The notes: a model not told the origin generated them from the letters alone. DNA of 64,000 nucleotides from Candidatus Methanoperedens sp. (GCA_036567605.1 DATCUE010000117.1:482-64481), one strand, 5' to 3'. Shown: positions 1-9,228, numbered from the stretch's first letter. Numbers and translations are program-made.

Positions 1-191
1 AAAATGATTTAATACTGGTTCCAGGAAAAGTCCTCGGAGCTGGCGAACTGGATCACAAACTAACAATTGCTGCCGTGAGTTTTAGCGGTAATGCGAAGAA
101 CAAGATAGTCGGAGCCGGAGGCTCATGCCTCTCTATCGTAGAGCTCATGGATAAGAACCCGGAAGGTTCCAGGGTAAGAATAATGGGGTGA
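1..191 (+). CDS. rpl18e: 50S ribosomal protein L18e, C-terminal part (5' end outside window; frame starts at nt 3)
   Basis: Frame 3 reads [62 protein letters not shown], stop TGA 189-191. It resembles the L18e C-terminus and sits in the conserved archaeal L18e-L13-S9-RpoN order. Confidence 0.8.
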   Translation, partial: NDLILVPGKVLGAGELDHKLTIAAVSFSGNAKNKIVGAGGSCLSIVELMDKNPEGSRVRIMG

Positions 192-198
192 AATAGAC

Positions 199-618
199 AT
201 GACGATAATTGACGCAAACAATCTTATTCTGGGAAGGATGGCAAGCAATGTGGCCAGGAGATTATTGAATGGTGAAGAAATCAAAATCATCAATGCTGAA
301 AAAGCCATCATTTCAGGCAGAAAGGACGCAACTTTTGAACGATACAAGATGTACACTGACAGGGGCTCAAGGGAATTCGGGCCACATTTTCCGAGACGTC
401 CAGACCATATAGTTGCAAGGACCATCCGTGGCATGATACCACATAAGAAAATGACCGGAAGAGAAGCGTATAACAGATTAAAAGTCTATATCGGTATACC
501 GCCTGAATTGAGCAAGGAGCAGGCAAGCACTTTAGAAAATGCCAGCATTACACGCCTCAGCACAAGCAATTATACAATGCTCGGGGAACTGAGCAAGAGA
601 TTAGGGTCAAAATTTTAG
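199..618 (+). CDS. rpl13: 50S ribosomal protein L13 (uL13)
   Basis: 139 aa, MTIIDANNLILGRMASNVARRLLNGEEIKIINAEKAIISG..., typical uL13 N-terminus. Conserved cluster context. Confidence 0.95.
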   Translation: MTIIDANNLILGRMASNVARRLLNGEEIKIINAEKAIISGRKDATFERYKMYTDRGSREFGPHFPRRPDHIVARTIRGMIPHKKMTGREAYNRLKVYIGIPPELSKEQASTLENASITRLSTSNYTMLGELSKRLGSKF

Positions 619-627
619 GAGCTATAA

Positions 628-1026
628 ATGAAAATCGTTAATTCATCCGGAAAAAGAAAAACCGCAATCGCGCGTGCAACACTGCGGGAAGGAAAAGGGC
701 GGATAAGGGTCAACAAGAAACCCCTTGAGATAGTAGAACCTGAATTGATCCGCCTTAAGATGTCAGAACCTCTTGAATTTGCAAACAATGTCATCCCGAC
801 AGTTGATATTGATGTAAATGTTCGTGGAGGCGGTATCTTCGGGCAGGCAGGTGCAGTACGCACCGCCATCGCAAGAGGTCTTGTGGAATGGACGAACGAT
901 ACTGCGCTCAGGGATGCAATGGCACAGTATGACAGGAGTTTGCTTGTAAACGACACCCGCTATAAACTTCCCAAGAAATTCGGCGGGCGTGGTGCAAGGA
1001 AGAGAAGACAGAAATCATACAGGTGA
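628..1026 (+). CDS. rps9: 30S ribosomal protein S9 (uS9)
   Basis: 132 aa ending [14 protein letters not shown], the uS9 hallmark basic tail. Follows rpl13. Confidence 0.95.
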   Translation: MKIVNSSGKRKTAIARATLREGKGRIRVNKKPLEIVEPELIRLKMSEPLEFANNVIPTVDIDVNVRGGGIFGQAGAVRTAIARGLVEWTNDTALRDAMAQYDRSLLVNDTRYKLPKKFGGRGARKRRQKSYR

Positions 1027-1030
1027 AAAA

Positions 1031-1216
1031 ATGATCCCGGTACGATGCTTTTCATGCGGCAAACCCATATCCGGCGTCTGGGATGAGTACAAGAAGCGAA
1101 TCCAGACAGAGGATCCGGGCAAAGTGCTCGACGACCTTGGAATTGAACGATATTGCTGCAGGCGGATGCTGCTGACTCATGTGGAGTTGGTGGACCTGCT
1201 GGCACCGTACCAGTAA
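1031..1216 (+). CDS. rpoN: DNA-directed RNA polymerase subunit N (Rpo10)
   Basis: 61 aa from ATG 1031: [20 protein letters not shown]...[15 protein letters not shown], with the CxxC plus CC zinc motif of RpoN. The ORF-track start at 989 overlaps rps9 and was not used. Confidence 0.9.
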   Translation: MIPVRCFSCGKPISGVWDEYKKRIQTEDPGKVLDDLGIERYCCRRMLLTHVELVDLLAPYQ

Positions 1217-1219
1217 GGA

Positions 1220-1294
1220 GGGGTTGTAGGGTAGCCTGGTCCATCCTACGGCGTTCGGGACGCCGTGACCTGAGTTCAAATCTCAGCAACCCCA
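1220..1294 (+). tRNA. tRNA-Pro (anticodon CGG)
   Basis: Manual cloverleaf: acceptor GGGGTTG/CAACCCC; anticodon stem CGGCG/CGCCG with loop TTCGGGA; T arm CTGAG-TTCAAAT-CTCAG; discriminator A. No encoded CCA. Confidence 0.85.
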
Positions 1295-1408
1295 TATACG
1301 GGGCAATGGAAAAGAACATGAACCACTCTCAGAGGGACTCTGAGAAAAAAATAAACTAAACAAATTGTATTTACTGAAACTTCCGGGCATTGTTTTTGAG
1401 GTGATCAG

Positions 1409-1609
1409 GTGAGTGAAACTAAGTTTACACGCTATGAGCGTGCCAGAATTATAGGTGCCAGGGCGCTACAGATTTCCATGGGAGCCCCGGTATTGATAGA
1501 TGTTGGGAGAATGGAGCCTATAGATATTGCGTTGATGGAGCTGGAAAAGGGCGTCATCCCCATTACAGTAAAAAGAACACTTAAAGAAGAGAAAAAAATA
1601 TCAGCGTAG
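1409..1609 (+). CDS. rpoK: DNA-directed RNA polymerase subunit K (Rpo6/omega-like)
   Basis: 66 aa with GTG start. [24 protein letters not shown] is the conserved Rpo6 core. Located between rpoN and rps2. Confidence 0.85.
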   Translation: MSETKFTRYERARIIGARALQISMGAPVLIDVGRMEPIDIALMELEKGVIPITVKRTLKEEKKISA

Positions 1610-1624
1610 ATTGAAGGTGAATAA

Positions 1625-2251
1625 ATGGAAAATATTATCGATCTCAGACAGGATGTAAAACAGGATACTGGTTATGAATCTATTATCCCCCAGGATGAGT
1701 ACCTGACTGCGGGAATTCACATCGGTACACAGCAAAAGACAAAAGAAATGATGCGTTTCGTTTACAGGGTAAGAACAGACGGCCTATATGTCCTTGATAT
1801 ACAGGCAACCGACCAGAGGATACGGCTGGCGGCCAAGATGCTGGCAAAATACGATCCCACCAAAATACTGATAGTATCTGCCAGGCAATACGGCCATTAT
1901 CCTTCGGAAATGTTCGCAAAAGCAGTGGGAGCAAAAGTTATTACAGGCCGTTTCATTCCTGGCACTTTGACAAACCCGAAATTGCATATATACGTTGAAC
2001 CCGATATCTTAATAGTAACAGATCCTTCGGGGGATTTACAGGCAGTAAATGAGGCTATCAATGTAGGGATACCGGTCATAGCCCTGTGCGATACAAATAA
2101 TTCCACATCCAATGTGGACATGGTCATACCGACCAACAATAAGGGAAGGAAAGCCCTGGCATTGATATACTGGCTTCTTGCAAAGAAGACGCTTGAAGAA
2201 AGAGGAGATACTATCAATTACACAGTGGCTGACTTCGAAGCCGAATTATAA
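1625..2251 (+). CDS. rps2: 30S ribosomal protein S2 (uS2)
   Basis: 208 aa, [40 protein letters not shown], typical archaeal uS2. Confidence 0.95.
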   Translation: MENIIDLRQDVKQDTGYESIIPQDEYLTAGIHIGTQQKTKEMMRFVYRVRTDGLYVLDIQATDQRIRLAAKMLAKYDPTKILIVSARQYGHYPSEMFAKAVGAKVITGRFIPGTLTNPKLHIYVEPDILIVTDPSGDLQAVNEAINVGIPVIALCDTNNSTSNVDMVIPTNNKGRKALALIYWLLAKKTLEERGDTINYTVADFEAEL

Positions 2252-2256
2252 AGGAC

Positions 2257-3051
2257 ATGAGAAATCCGGCGGTATCCGGGCAGTTCTATCCCCGAAATAA
2301 GAATGATTTAAAAAGCGATATCATCAGGTGCTTTGCAGGCATCCCGTTAATCGAAAAAAATGTTATCGGCGCTGTTTCGCCTCATGCCGGTTACATGTAC
2401 TCCGGAAAGACGGCAGCCCATGTATATTCAGCTTTGCCGAAAGCAGATACTTTTATACTGCTGGGGCCGAATCATACAGGTTACGGCTCACCCGTGGCAG
2501 TTTCAGGGGAAACGTGGTGCACTCCGCTGGGGGAGGTAGGATCCGATGCCGAGTTTATCAAGGCCCTGCCAAAAAAGATCATCGACCTTGATGAGAGTGC
2601 CCATAGATACGAGCATTCTATCGAAGTGCAGCTTCCTTTCCTGCAGTACAGGTTCAGGGATTTCAAGATCGTCCCGATCTGTATAGGAATGCAGGATGAA
2701 GAGACCGCATTTGATGTAGGAAATGAAATATCCGAAGCGGCAAATAAAGTGAAAAAGAAAATTGTTATAATAGCATCGAGTGATTTCAGCCACTATAGAC
2801 CAGATAAGATAGCACGGGAAGACGATGCATATTTTATAAAAGCAATTCTTGACATGGATATTTCGGGGTTCTACCGGCGATTATACGAACGCAATGCCTC
2901 AGTATGCGGATATGGCCCGATCTCGGCAATGCTTATCGCCGCCAGGAATCTCGGCGCCGGAAAGGCCACCCTGCTCAAATACAGCACGAGCGGTGATATA
3001 ACGGGAGACACTTCGGCAGTGGTAGGGTATGCGGGGATTATCGTGGAATGA
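2257..3051 (+). CDS. MEMO1-family protein (AmmeMemoRadiSam system protein B type)
   Basis: 264 aa. N-terminus MRNPAVSGQFYP and SPHAGYMYSG / EHSIEVQLPFLQ motifs are typical of the Memo/UPF0103 family. It commonly follows rps2 in archaea. Confidence 0.85.
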   Translation: MRNPAVSGQFYPRNKNDLKSDIIRCFAGIPLIEKNVIGAVSPHAGYMYSGKTAAHVYSALPKADTFILLGPNHTGYGSPVAVSGETWCTPLGEVGSDAEFIKALPKKIIDLDESAHRYEHSIEVQLPFLQYRFRDFKIVPICIGMQDEETAFDVGNEISEAANKVKKKIVIIASSDFSHYRPDKIAREDDAYFIKAILDMDISGFYRRLYERNASVCGYGPISAMLIAARNLGAGKATLLKYSTSGDITGDTSAVVGYAGIIVE

Positions 3052-3113
3052 ATCAGGCAACTTGCATCGATGCTTTTATTAACAATACCCCTAATCTATA
3101 ATCTGGTGGAAGT

Positions 3114-3854
3114 ATGGCCTTAGAACCAGAACAATTTGTAAAAATCATAAACGAACCCCTGAAATCAAAAAACCCGTTAGTTCTTGCGGGCTTTCCAGGC
3201 ATAGGTCTTGTAGGGAACATTACATGCCAGCATGTTATTGAAGAGCTTGAAATGAAATATATTGGCTCAATCGATTCGAGGTACTTTCCACCCCTTGCAG
3301 TGCTTTTTAACGGGATAATCACCATGCCTGTGCGCATTTACGAATCTGCAAAAAAAGGGATTGTAGTAATAATTTCGGACATTCCCATACATCCTACAGC
3401 TTCATATGACATCAGTAAAGCGCTAATCGACTGGATTCAATCTATCCATGCCAGTAATATTATTTCTATAGCCGGGATCGCAACTACTACAGGAGAGAGG
3501 CGGGTCTTTGGCGGGGCAACGAATGCAGAGATGCTGGAAAAGATCAAAGATAAAACGGAAATATTCCAGGTGGGCACGATCTCGGGTATTTCGGGAAGCA
3601 TCATGACAGAATGTTATCTGCGAAATATACCCGCCGTGAGCCTCCTGGGTGAGACGCCGGGACCGAATCCAGATCCAAGGGCATCAGTTGAAGTAATAAC
3701 TGTACTGAATAAGATATTTGATTTATCTCTTAATACAGAAAAACTGATGAGCCAGGCCGAGCAGATAGAACTTGAACTTTCAAAACTTGCCGAGCAGGTC
3801 AAAACAACCGAGCCGCCTATGCTTCCAAAGAAAGAATTCCCGATGTACGGGTGA
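3114..3854 (+). CDS. Proteasome assembly chaperone (PAC2/DUF75) family protein
   Basis: 246 aa. PLVLAGFPGIGLVGNITCQHVIEEL is the characteristic PAC2-family N-terminal motif. Confidence 0.7.
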   Translation: MALEPEQFVKIINEPLKSKNPLVLAGFPGIGLVGNITCQHVIEELEMKYIGSIDSRYFPPLAVLFNGIITMPVRIYESAKKGIVVIISDIPIHPTASYDISKALIDWIQSIHASNIISIAGIATTTGERRVFGGATNAEMLEKIKDKTEIFQVGTISGISGSIMTECYLRNIPAVSLLGETPGPNPDPRASVEVITVLNKIFDLSLNTEKLMSQAEQIELELSKLAEQVKTTEPPMLPKKEFPMYG

Positions 3855-3858
3855 GAGT

Positions 3859-4248
3859 ATGCAGTATATCGTATTGAGCGGCATTTCTCCAAGCGTCCTG
3901 AGGGATCTGGAACATAATAAAATCAAGACAATTGAAATAAGAAGCCCCCATAATTTCCTCTCGGCGCTTGAAACAAATGTGGGTGATGTAATCTTCCTCA
4001 CATCGACAAGCTTGGGAGACATCAGGCCGGGCACAGCAGGTATTTTTGCACGAATACGTGAAAAGCAGGTTGCAATGCACAGGGTAGTCCAGAAAACCGA
4101 GGAGTTCTATGAGGAAGCCGAGGTCCAGATGGCCAGGCTCCAGTTAGAAATAAAAGGCCATGCAAGGGTGCGCAGGGCGCAATGCTGCACAATCGGGGAA
4201 GCCACTGTTGTTGATGCGGATGAAGTGCAGTTCTTCGAAGGGAGATAA
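3859..4248 (+). CDS. Hypothetical protein (129 aa)
   Basis: ATG 3859 lies 4 nt after the PAC2 stop. The long ORF-track version (3772) would overlap PAC2. I recognise no family. Confidence 0.5.
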   Translation: MQYIVLSGISPSVLRDLEHNKIKTIEIRSPHNFLSALETNVGDVIFLTSTSLGDIRPGTAGIFARIREKQVAMHRVVQKTEEFYEEAEVQMARLQLEIKGHARVRRAQCCTIGEATVVDADEVQFFEGR

Positions 4249-4263
4249 ATTTCACTCAGATAT

Positions 4264-4626
4264 TCAATATAAATGTGTGGGATCTCCTTCTGCTATAAGC
4301 TCACTAACCTCGTCTACGAATTCATGCATGTACCTGTCAAGTTGCTCTTTCCGCTTTTTGCATGTCTCTTCGTCAGCAGGGTATTTGTCAATGAGGGCTG
4401 AGAATTCATTGTAAATTTCCATTGTCTTATCCATCATCTCTTTTTTTGTGGCCCCTGTTTCTGCCATATGAATGATATAACGGCGCAGGCGGATGCACCC
4501 CCTGTTCCTGCCGAAACTCTTATCAAAATAGACCGGGATCCTCCACAGGCCGCGCTCGACCACACCGCTTTTGACAGAAGGGAAAAGCCTGACCATTTCG
4601 GGATCGATTTTTTCCGGAAGAATCAT
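4264..4626 (-). CDS. Hypothetical protein (120 aa), downstream member of a coupled two-gene unit
   Basis: Its start ATG is 1 nt after the stop of the 63-aa ORF at 4628-4819. No family recognised. Confidence 0.5.
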   Translation of the reverse strand: MILPEKIDPEMVRLFPSVKSGVVERGLWRIPVYFDKSFGRNRGCIRLRRYIIHMAETGATKKEMMDKTMEIYNEFSALIDKYPADEETCKKRKEQLDRYMHEFVDEVSELIAEGDPTHLY

Positions 4627-4627
4627 A

Positions 4628-4819
4628 TCAAAACTCTTCCATCAGGTCAAGATCATGTTCGAAGCGGGTAGGAATACATTTTGGCCTGTTCCTGTCTCTT
4701 TCACGGATCTTGTCCTGCAGGGCTTTATAAGCCACATGATATTCTGCATCACGGGAAGGATCGAGCTTTGCTTCTTCCTTCAGTTCATTGGCGATGTCCT
4801 GCAATTGTCTTATGGACAT
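4628..4819 (-). CDS. Hypothetical small charged protein (63 aa)
   Basis: Helical, charged sequence MSIRQLQDIANELKEEAKLDPSRDAEYHVAYKALQDKIRERDR.... Translationally coupled to 4264-4626. Confidence 0.45.
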   Translation of the reverse strand: MSIRQLQDIANELKEEAKLDPSRDAEYHVAYKALQDKIRERDRNRPKCIPTRFEHDLDLMEEF

Positions 4820-4963
4820 GTACTTATAACGGTCGGCGCCTGTGTTAATAATAACACCTCGATATTACTCATATCTTCGGTTATATAAAATGACCACATC
4901 GTAAAAAAGTAGAAAAACATTAAATACAATTAGTTCAATTGTATCTAATTAGAGGTAAAGACT

Positions 4964-5236
4964 GTGACAAAGCGTCAGATATGCATTCAGGTTGATGAAG
5001 ATATCGCCAGGGAAATGGAAGAGATCAGGGATAAAACCGGCATACCTGTAAGCAGACAGATCGAGCTTAAACTCAAAGGCTTCAAAATAGTCGAGGATGA
5101 TGAAGGGACATTTGGTGATCTCTATGACAATCCCAAAAAATTAGCTAAAGTCAGGAAGCGCTGGGATAAAGCATTCGGAGAAAAAACTGCAATGGAGATA
5201 TTAGATTCTGCACAGAAAAAAAGAGTAAAAAGCTAA
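4964..5236 (+). CDS. Ribbon-helix-helix (CopG/VapB-like) antitoxin
   Basis: 90 aa. ICIQVDEDIAREMEEIRDKTGIPVSRQIELKL looks like an RHH fold. It lies immediately upstream of a PIN-domain gene. Confidence 0.6.
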   Translation: MTKRQICIQVDEDIAREMEEIRDKTGIPVSRQIELKLKGFKIVEDDEGTFGDLYDNPKKLAKVRKRWDKAFGEKTAMEILDSAQKKRVKS

Positions 5237-5246
5237 TGCCGGTTTT

Positions 5247-5699
5247 ATGCCTTCTTTTTTTATTGATACAAGTGTGTTCATAAGTACCATCAAAACGGAT
5301 GATGCTTCCGAAGTATGCGAGAAGTTCATACGACGGATAAGAAACAAGTTTTTCAATGGATACATATCTCCTTATGTGGCAGGAGAGATTATTCATGCTA
5401 TTCTCTATTCAGAGGAGATCAAACAGAATAAGAAAGCAGGATATCTGTTCGATTCTTTAGAAACAATCATTTCTTCTAACGCTGAATGGTTCATACCTGC
5501 GAATAACGATTTATGTTTATTTTCGAAGCTTAGAGAAGTCGATAATCGAGTAGAAGATGGAGATATCCTTCATGCAACATGCGCTAAGATTCTCAACATC
5601 CCACTTGTTACAATTGATGGGAAATTATTGAGAAGCCAGGGATTAAAAGACCAAGGAGTGGAAATTTTGCATCCATCCAAGGTTATTAAGAAGTCTTGA
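5247..5699 (+). CDS. vapC: PIN-domain toxin (VapC family)
   Basis: 150 aa. FFIDTSVF gives the first acidic residue, then AGEIIHA, DGDILHATCA and VTIDGKL give the remaining PIN acidic positions. Confidence 0.75.
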   Translation: MPSFFIDTSVFISTIKTDDASEVCEKFIRRIRNKFFNGYISPYVAGEIIHAILYSEEIKQNKKAGYLFDSLETIISSNAEWFIPANNDLCLFSKLREVDNRVEDGDILHATCAKILNIPLVTIDGKLLRSQGLKDQGVEILHPSKVIKKS

Positions 5700-5728
5700 A
5701 AAGCATGATCAACGACTGAAAGTATATT

Positions 5729-7210
5729 TCATTGCACAGGCACGACAGCCGTGTTTCGCGTGATAAGAAGGTTATATGAAGAGAATTCCTCGTTCTCCCT
5801 GACAAGAGTGTTGAGTATTTCAACAATGTCACCGTATCCAGCCTCAAGGAGCTTCTTATTGTCCCCTGTCATATGGAAAGCCGGAAGCACGGCATAACAC
5901 GGGACAGAAGTCGTCGCATCGCACAACTTGAATACGAATGTCTTTTCATCCCCAAGATTTCCCGACATGACCGGAGCCACGATATTTATCCTTTTCCCGA
6001 TATGTTTTTTCAGGTTCGAAAGGCGCACGAATTTCCCCTTCGCCCTGTAGTCATGTCTTGTTTTTCCATCTTTTTTCAGGATTGCAAAGGAGAATTTCAT
6101 ATCCGTGTTTATATACCTGTAAGGCTCACGGGTCCCCGCGATCTTTCTCATAAAGCCCGGCACCTGGATATTTCCCGGCTCGTAGAAGCTCCAGCAGTCG
6201 CTGCAGGCACATCCTACGCCCCATATGGGAGTACACGGGCTGAATACATTGAATCCTTTCCCGACCAGCGCGCGCTGGGTAACGCGGAGCGCCTTTGAAT
6301 TAACGAGGTCGGCAGGCTCTATTATGATTATGGTAGGATTTTTGCTCGATGAAGCTATGCGCTCAACTATGCCTGCCCGTTCGGTGGGCTGGGCGCGCAG
6401 TTCGGTGAGTACATTTGAGAAAATTATGATGTCCGATTCTTTTTGGATTTTTACTTTTTCAATTGGCGCATGTATGGGTTCATCCAGGAAAATATTGGTG
6501 TTCGCCGGCGCAGTTTTTGAGAGGAAAGAGGAGGTAAGCTCCCTGTAGCATTCGATATTTTCCTGCTCCTTCTCGATAGAACCTATCCTGATATTCATTT
6601 TCATATCGATATTCTTCCTTGAATAGATGCCCAGCAGTTTATCCAGGAAATCAAGCGTGGAGAGCGTTATCGTCCCCGGCCCCGCGCCGACATCCAGAAA
6701 GCTCATCCTTGTCGTGAGCAATCCGCATTTGAATAAGTCAAGAAGAAGGTACTGGAACTGGCCGAAGTAAACAGGGAAATGGTACAGCAGGTAGGAGATT
6801 ATCCTGATCTTCGGGTACTGCGATTTACCCTTCCAGTATTCTTCTTTCTGCTTTACGATATTCTCGCGGATTACCTGCGCCGCCGCGCCCTTGTGCCAGT
6901 TTTTCCCGCAGGAGGCTTCGATATGGGATTCCACCAGCTTCTCGATGCGCGCGGGGAGGCGGGGGGATTTGAACAGGCTTTCAAGTTCGCGGATGATTGA
7001 CTCATCTTTCGGGAGCGGGCGGTTTATGAGCTTCTGGCATCTGTAGTTCGCATCGCAGAAGAGGGAAAGGTCATAGAGGTGGGGTTTTAGGAGGGCGTAG
7101 AGGTCTTTTTCTTCGTGCTTCTCGCTGAGGTACAGGTTCATCTCGGATAAGGGGAATTCGGCGCGCGAGGAGGCGAGGTATTTTGCGAGGGAGAGGATTT
7201 CGGAGGTCAT
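5729..7210 (-). CDS. Rsm22-like class I SAM-dependent methyltransferase with Cys cluster and C-terminal extension
   Basis: 493 aa. Motif I is LDVGAGPGTITLS. This is followed by SNVLTEL...IIIEPADL and the Cys-rich SPCTPIWGVGCACSDCWSF, as in the Rsm22/COG5459 architecture. A further 150-aa C-terminal domain follows. Confidence 0.6.
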   Translation of the reverse strand: MTSEILSLAKYLASSRAEFPLSEMNLYLSEKHEEKDLYALLKPHLYDLSLFCDANYRCQKLINRPLPKDESIIRELESLFKSPRLPARIEKLVESHIEASCGKNWHKGAAAQVIRENIVKQKEEYWKGKSQYPKIRIISYLLYHFPVYFGQFQYLLLDLFKCGLLTTRMSFLDVGAGPGTITLSTLDFLDKLLGIYSRKNIDMKMNIRIGSIEKEQENIECYRELTSSFLSKTAPANTNIFLDEPIHAPIEKVKIQKESDIIIFSNVLTELRAQPTERAGIVERIASSSKNPTIIIIEPADLVNSKALRVTQRALVGKGFNVFSPCTPIWGVGCACSDCWSFYEPGNIQVPGFMRKIAGTREPYRYINTDMKFSFAILKKDGKTRHDYRAKGKFVRLSNLKKHIGKRINIVAPVMSGNLGDEKTFVFKLCDATTSVPCYAVLPAFHMTGDNKKLLEAGYGDIVEILNTLVRENEEFSSYNLLITRNTAVVPVQ

Positions 7211-7253
7211 TGGCTGCTGTTAGTCATTGGAGCTCTTTGAAAGAGTATATTTT

Positions 7254-8027
7254 TCAATAGTCCTTTCCTTTTATGGGCTTTTCATTGGATGAATTATACT
7301 TTACTAACGCATCCCACTTTATTTCTCCATCCATGCAAAAATCTCTTCCAAATTCAAATGTAAATTTATTAATCAATTTTGCATATGCATTTGAAAAATC
7401 CTCATTCTTCTCTTTAGCCTTATGTCCAAGCGGTTCTATGATTTGGACATATAAATCTGAATTGCCTGAAATAAATTCCCAGAATTTCTGCCCGCAATAT
7501 TTAAGATAATCTCCCTTGTCAGGCTGGCCATCTCGTCCATAGCAGCATCCATTTACAGCAACGATATTAATTTGAGAAATGTTTGTGCCAAGAATTCGCT
7601 TAGCTTTTTTGAAATTATCTCTCATTCTGTTAATTTGGCTATTATTTCCCCAATTTGGTCCAGATTTAATTGATACAATATATCTAATATTATCTCTTTC
7701 AAATTCTAAATCAATGCCTTCAGCTGCTGATTTTTTACCATCAAATACTTCACCGCAAATGAAAATTGCCAGATCCTCTAAAAAATCTCCGAAAATTGTT
7801 TCTTCTTGTGAAGATAAATATGCATCAAGGAGACTTTTCACCAAATCTTGTGCGGTTAAAATATTTTTAGCTTTAAAAAGATACGGATTTTTTCTTTTTA
7901 AGACTTCTCTTAATTTAAGTTTTTCAAGATTTTGAAGTCTTTTTGCATGAAAAGTCCCTATGTTGCTCTCAACATATTTCTGTACATCCTTCAAATCTAT
8001 TTGTTTCATAAACTCCATTTTCTTCAA
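7254..8027 (-). CDS. Putative type II restriction endonuclease
   Basis: 257 aa, AT-rich. It overlaps the 3' end of the DNA methyltransferase gene. GIDLEFERDNIRYIVSIKSGPNWGN resembles a PD-(D/E)XK-like core. Family assignment (TdeIII/PmeII/Eco47II-like) comes from recollection only. Confidence 0.55.
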   Translation of the reverse strand: MKKMEFMKQIDLKDVQKYVESNIGTFHAKRLQNLEKLKLREVLKRKNPYLFKAKNILTAQDLVKSLLDAYLSSQEETIFGDFLEDLAIFICGEVFDGKKSAAEGIDLEFERDNIRYIVSIKSGPNWGNNSQINRMRDNFKKAKRILGTNISQINIVAVNGCCYGRDGQPDKGDYLKYCGQKFWEFISGNSDLYVQIIEPLGHKAKEKNEDFSNAYAKLINKFTFEFGRDFCMDGEIKWDALVKYNSSNEKPIKGKDY

Positions 8028-8850
8028 ATAAATAACATTGAGCAGGACTTATTCTATTTTTAACCATCTCAAAATATTCAGGCAATATATCTATGCCGAT
8101 AGAATTCCGTCTCATTCTTTGTGCAACCACGATAGTTGTTCCTGAACCCATGAAGGGATCTAAAACTGTATCATTTTCTTTTGTGAATAATTTTATGAAC
8201 CATTCGGGCAAAGCCTCGGGAAATACTGCACTATGATTTTTATTGTTGCATTCTGTTGCCAAATGCAAAACATTGGTAGGATAAGCTTTCTCTCTGTTTA
8301 GCCAATTTGAAACATTTTTGCCGAAACCACTTCCGTTTCTTGCATTATCTCTAATTTTATCCACTTCACTTAAACGTTTTAATCTATCTTTTGCCCAATC
8401 GCCTACCGGCACCATAACTTCTTCTTGGTACATATTGAATTTCTTAGTTTTATTAAATTGCAGAAGTCTTTCCCAGGCATCACGAAAACGGTTAGGCCAT
8501 TTACCGGGATAGCAATTCTTTTTGTGCCAAATAAATTCTTCAGTCCAGAGCCAACCCTGCTTTCGAAATGCCAAAATTAAATCCAAAACGTAAGTATGCC
8601 TTTCGCCATTTTCAGCTTTTTCTTTGATGTTCAAAATAAAGGTTCCTGATGGTTTAAGAGTCCTTAAAAGTTGTTCGCTAATTGGCAAGAACCATTCAAC
8701 GTAATCTTCTGGCTTAATACCGCCATAAGTATGTATTCTACGGTCTGCGTAAGGTGGTGAAGTGAATATTAGATCAACTGAATTACTTTCGAGTTTTTTT
8801 AAAACTTCCTTGCTATCACCTAAAAGTAATTTTGTGTTAATTTTTTCCAT
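7969..8850 (-). CDS. DNA methyltransferase, N4/N6 (beta class), probably N4-cytosine
   Basis: From MEKINTKLLLGDSKEVL. Catalytic motif IV is TSPPYADRR. C-terminal AdoMet motif is VLDPFMGSGTTIVVAQ. This is the order typical of Pfam N6_N4_Mtase enzymes. Confidence 0.85.
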   Translation of the reverse strand: MEKINTKLLLGDSKEVLKKLESNSVDLIFTSPPYADRRIHTYGGIKPEDYVEWFLPISEQLLRTLKPSGTFILNIKEKAENGERHTYVLDLILAFRKQGWLWTEEFIWHKKNCYPGKWPNRFRDAWERLLQFNKTKKFNMYQEEVMVPVGDWAKDRLKRLSEVDKIRDNARNGSGFGKNVSNWLNREKAYPTNVLHLATECNNKNHSAVFPEALPEWFIKLFTKENDTVLDPFMGSGTTIVVAQRMRRNSIGIDILPEYFEMVKNRISPAQCYLFEENGVYETNRFEGCTEIC

Positions 8851-8906
8851 AATCTCAATTCTTTTATATCGACTCAAACAAAATGATATTATAAACCGCA
8901 TTAATA

Positions 8907-9125
8907 TTAAGCAATCGCTACCTGCCTCAATTTATTGACCTGTATATCCAACTTCTTGATCATTTCCTGTATGTTATCGACCAGATTATCTTCAAAATAT
9001 ACTTCATTGCATTGCCCGCATATCCATGCCTGCACATCATGAATCAATAAATGATAGCCTGGCCTGTTCAATGTATAAGTGGTTTCTCCCTTTCTCATTT
9101 CTCCACCGCAAAAATGACATTGCAT
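8907..9125 (-). CDS. YgiT-type (MqsA-like) zinc-finger protein
   Basis: 72 aa. MQCHFCGGEM...WICGQCNEVYF has two CxxC pairs, typical of YgiT-type zinc-finger proteins. Confidence 0.7.
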   Translation of the reverse strand: MQCHFCGGEMRKGETTYTLNRPGYHLLIHDVQAWICGQCNEVYFEDNLVDNIQEMIKKLDIQVNKLRQVAIA

Positions 9126-9126
9126 T

Positions 9127-9228
9127 TTACTGCCTCTGGCATCTTAAACGATTTTCCCATTTCTGAAAAACCATGTATTCTAAGAACTTTATAAGCTCTT
9201 TGCCTCGGAATACAGGAAGTTTAGGCAT
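9127..9228 (-). pseudogene. hicA: Truncated hicA toxin remnant (33 codons)
   Basis: An ATG overlapping the hicB stop gives MPKLPVFRGKELIKFLEY, a typical HicA N-terminus. The sequence then becomes unrelated and stops after 33 aa, 1 nt before the YgiT start. The RQxGSH core is absent in all frames. Confidence 0.5.

Noticed and set aside
615-956. Antisense or out-of-frame ORFs overlapping ribosomal, trp, gyrase, leuS and other conserved genes (many entries in the ORF track, for example 615-956, 10334-10625, 55296-56738).
   Set aside because: Each lies entirely inside a confidently identified conserved gene on the other strand or frame and encodes no recognisable motif.
989-1030. N-terminal extension of rpoN given by the ORF track (start 989).
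   Set aside because: It overlaps the rps9 coding end and adds non-conserved residues. ATG 1031 directly gives the conserved [10 protein letters not shown] start.
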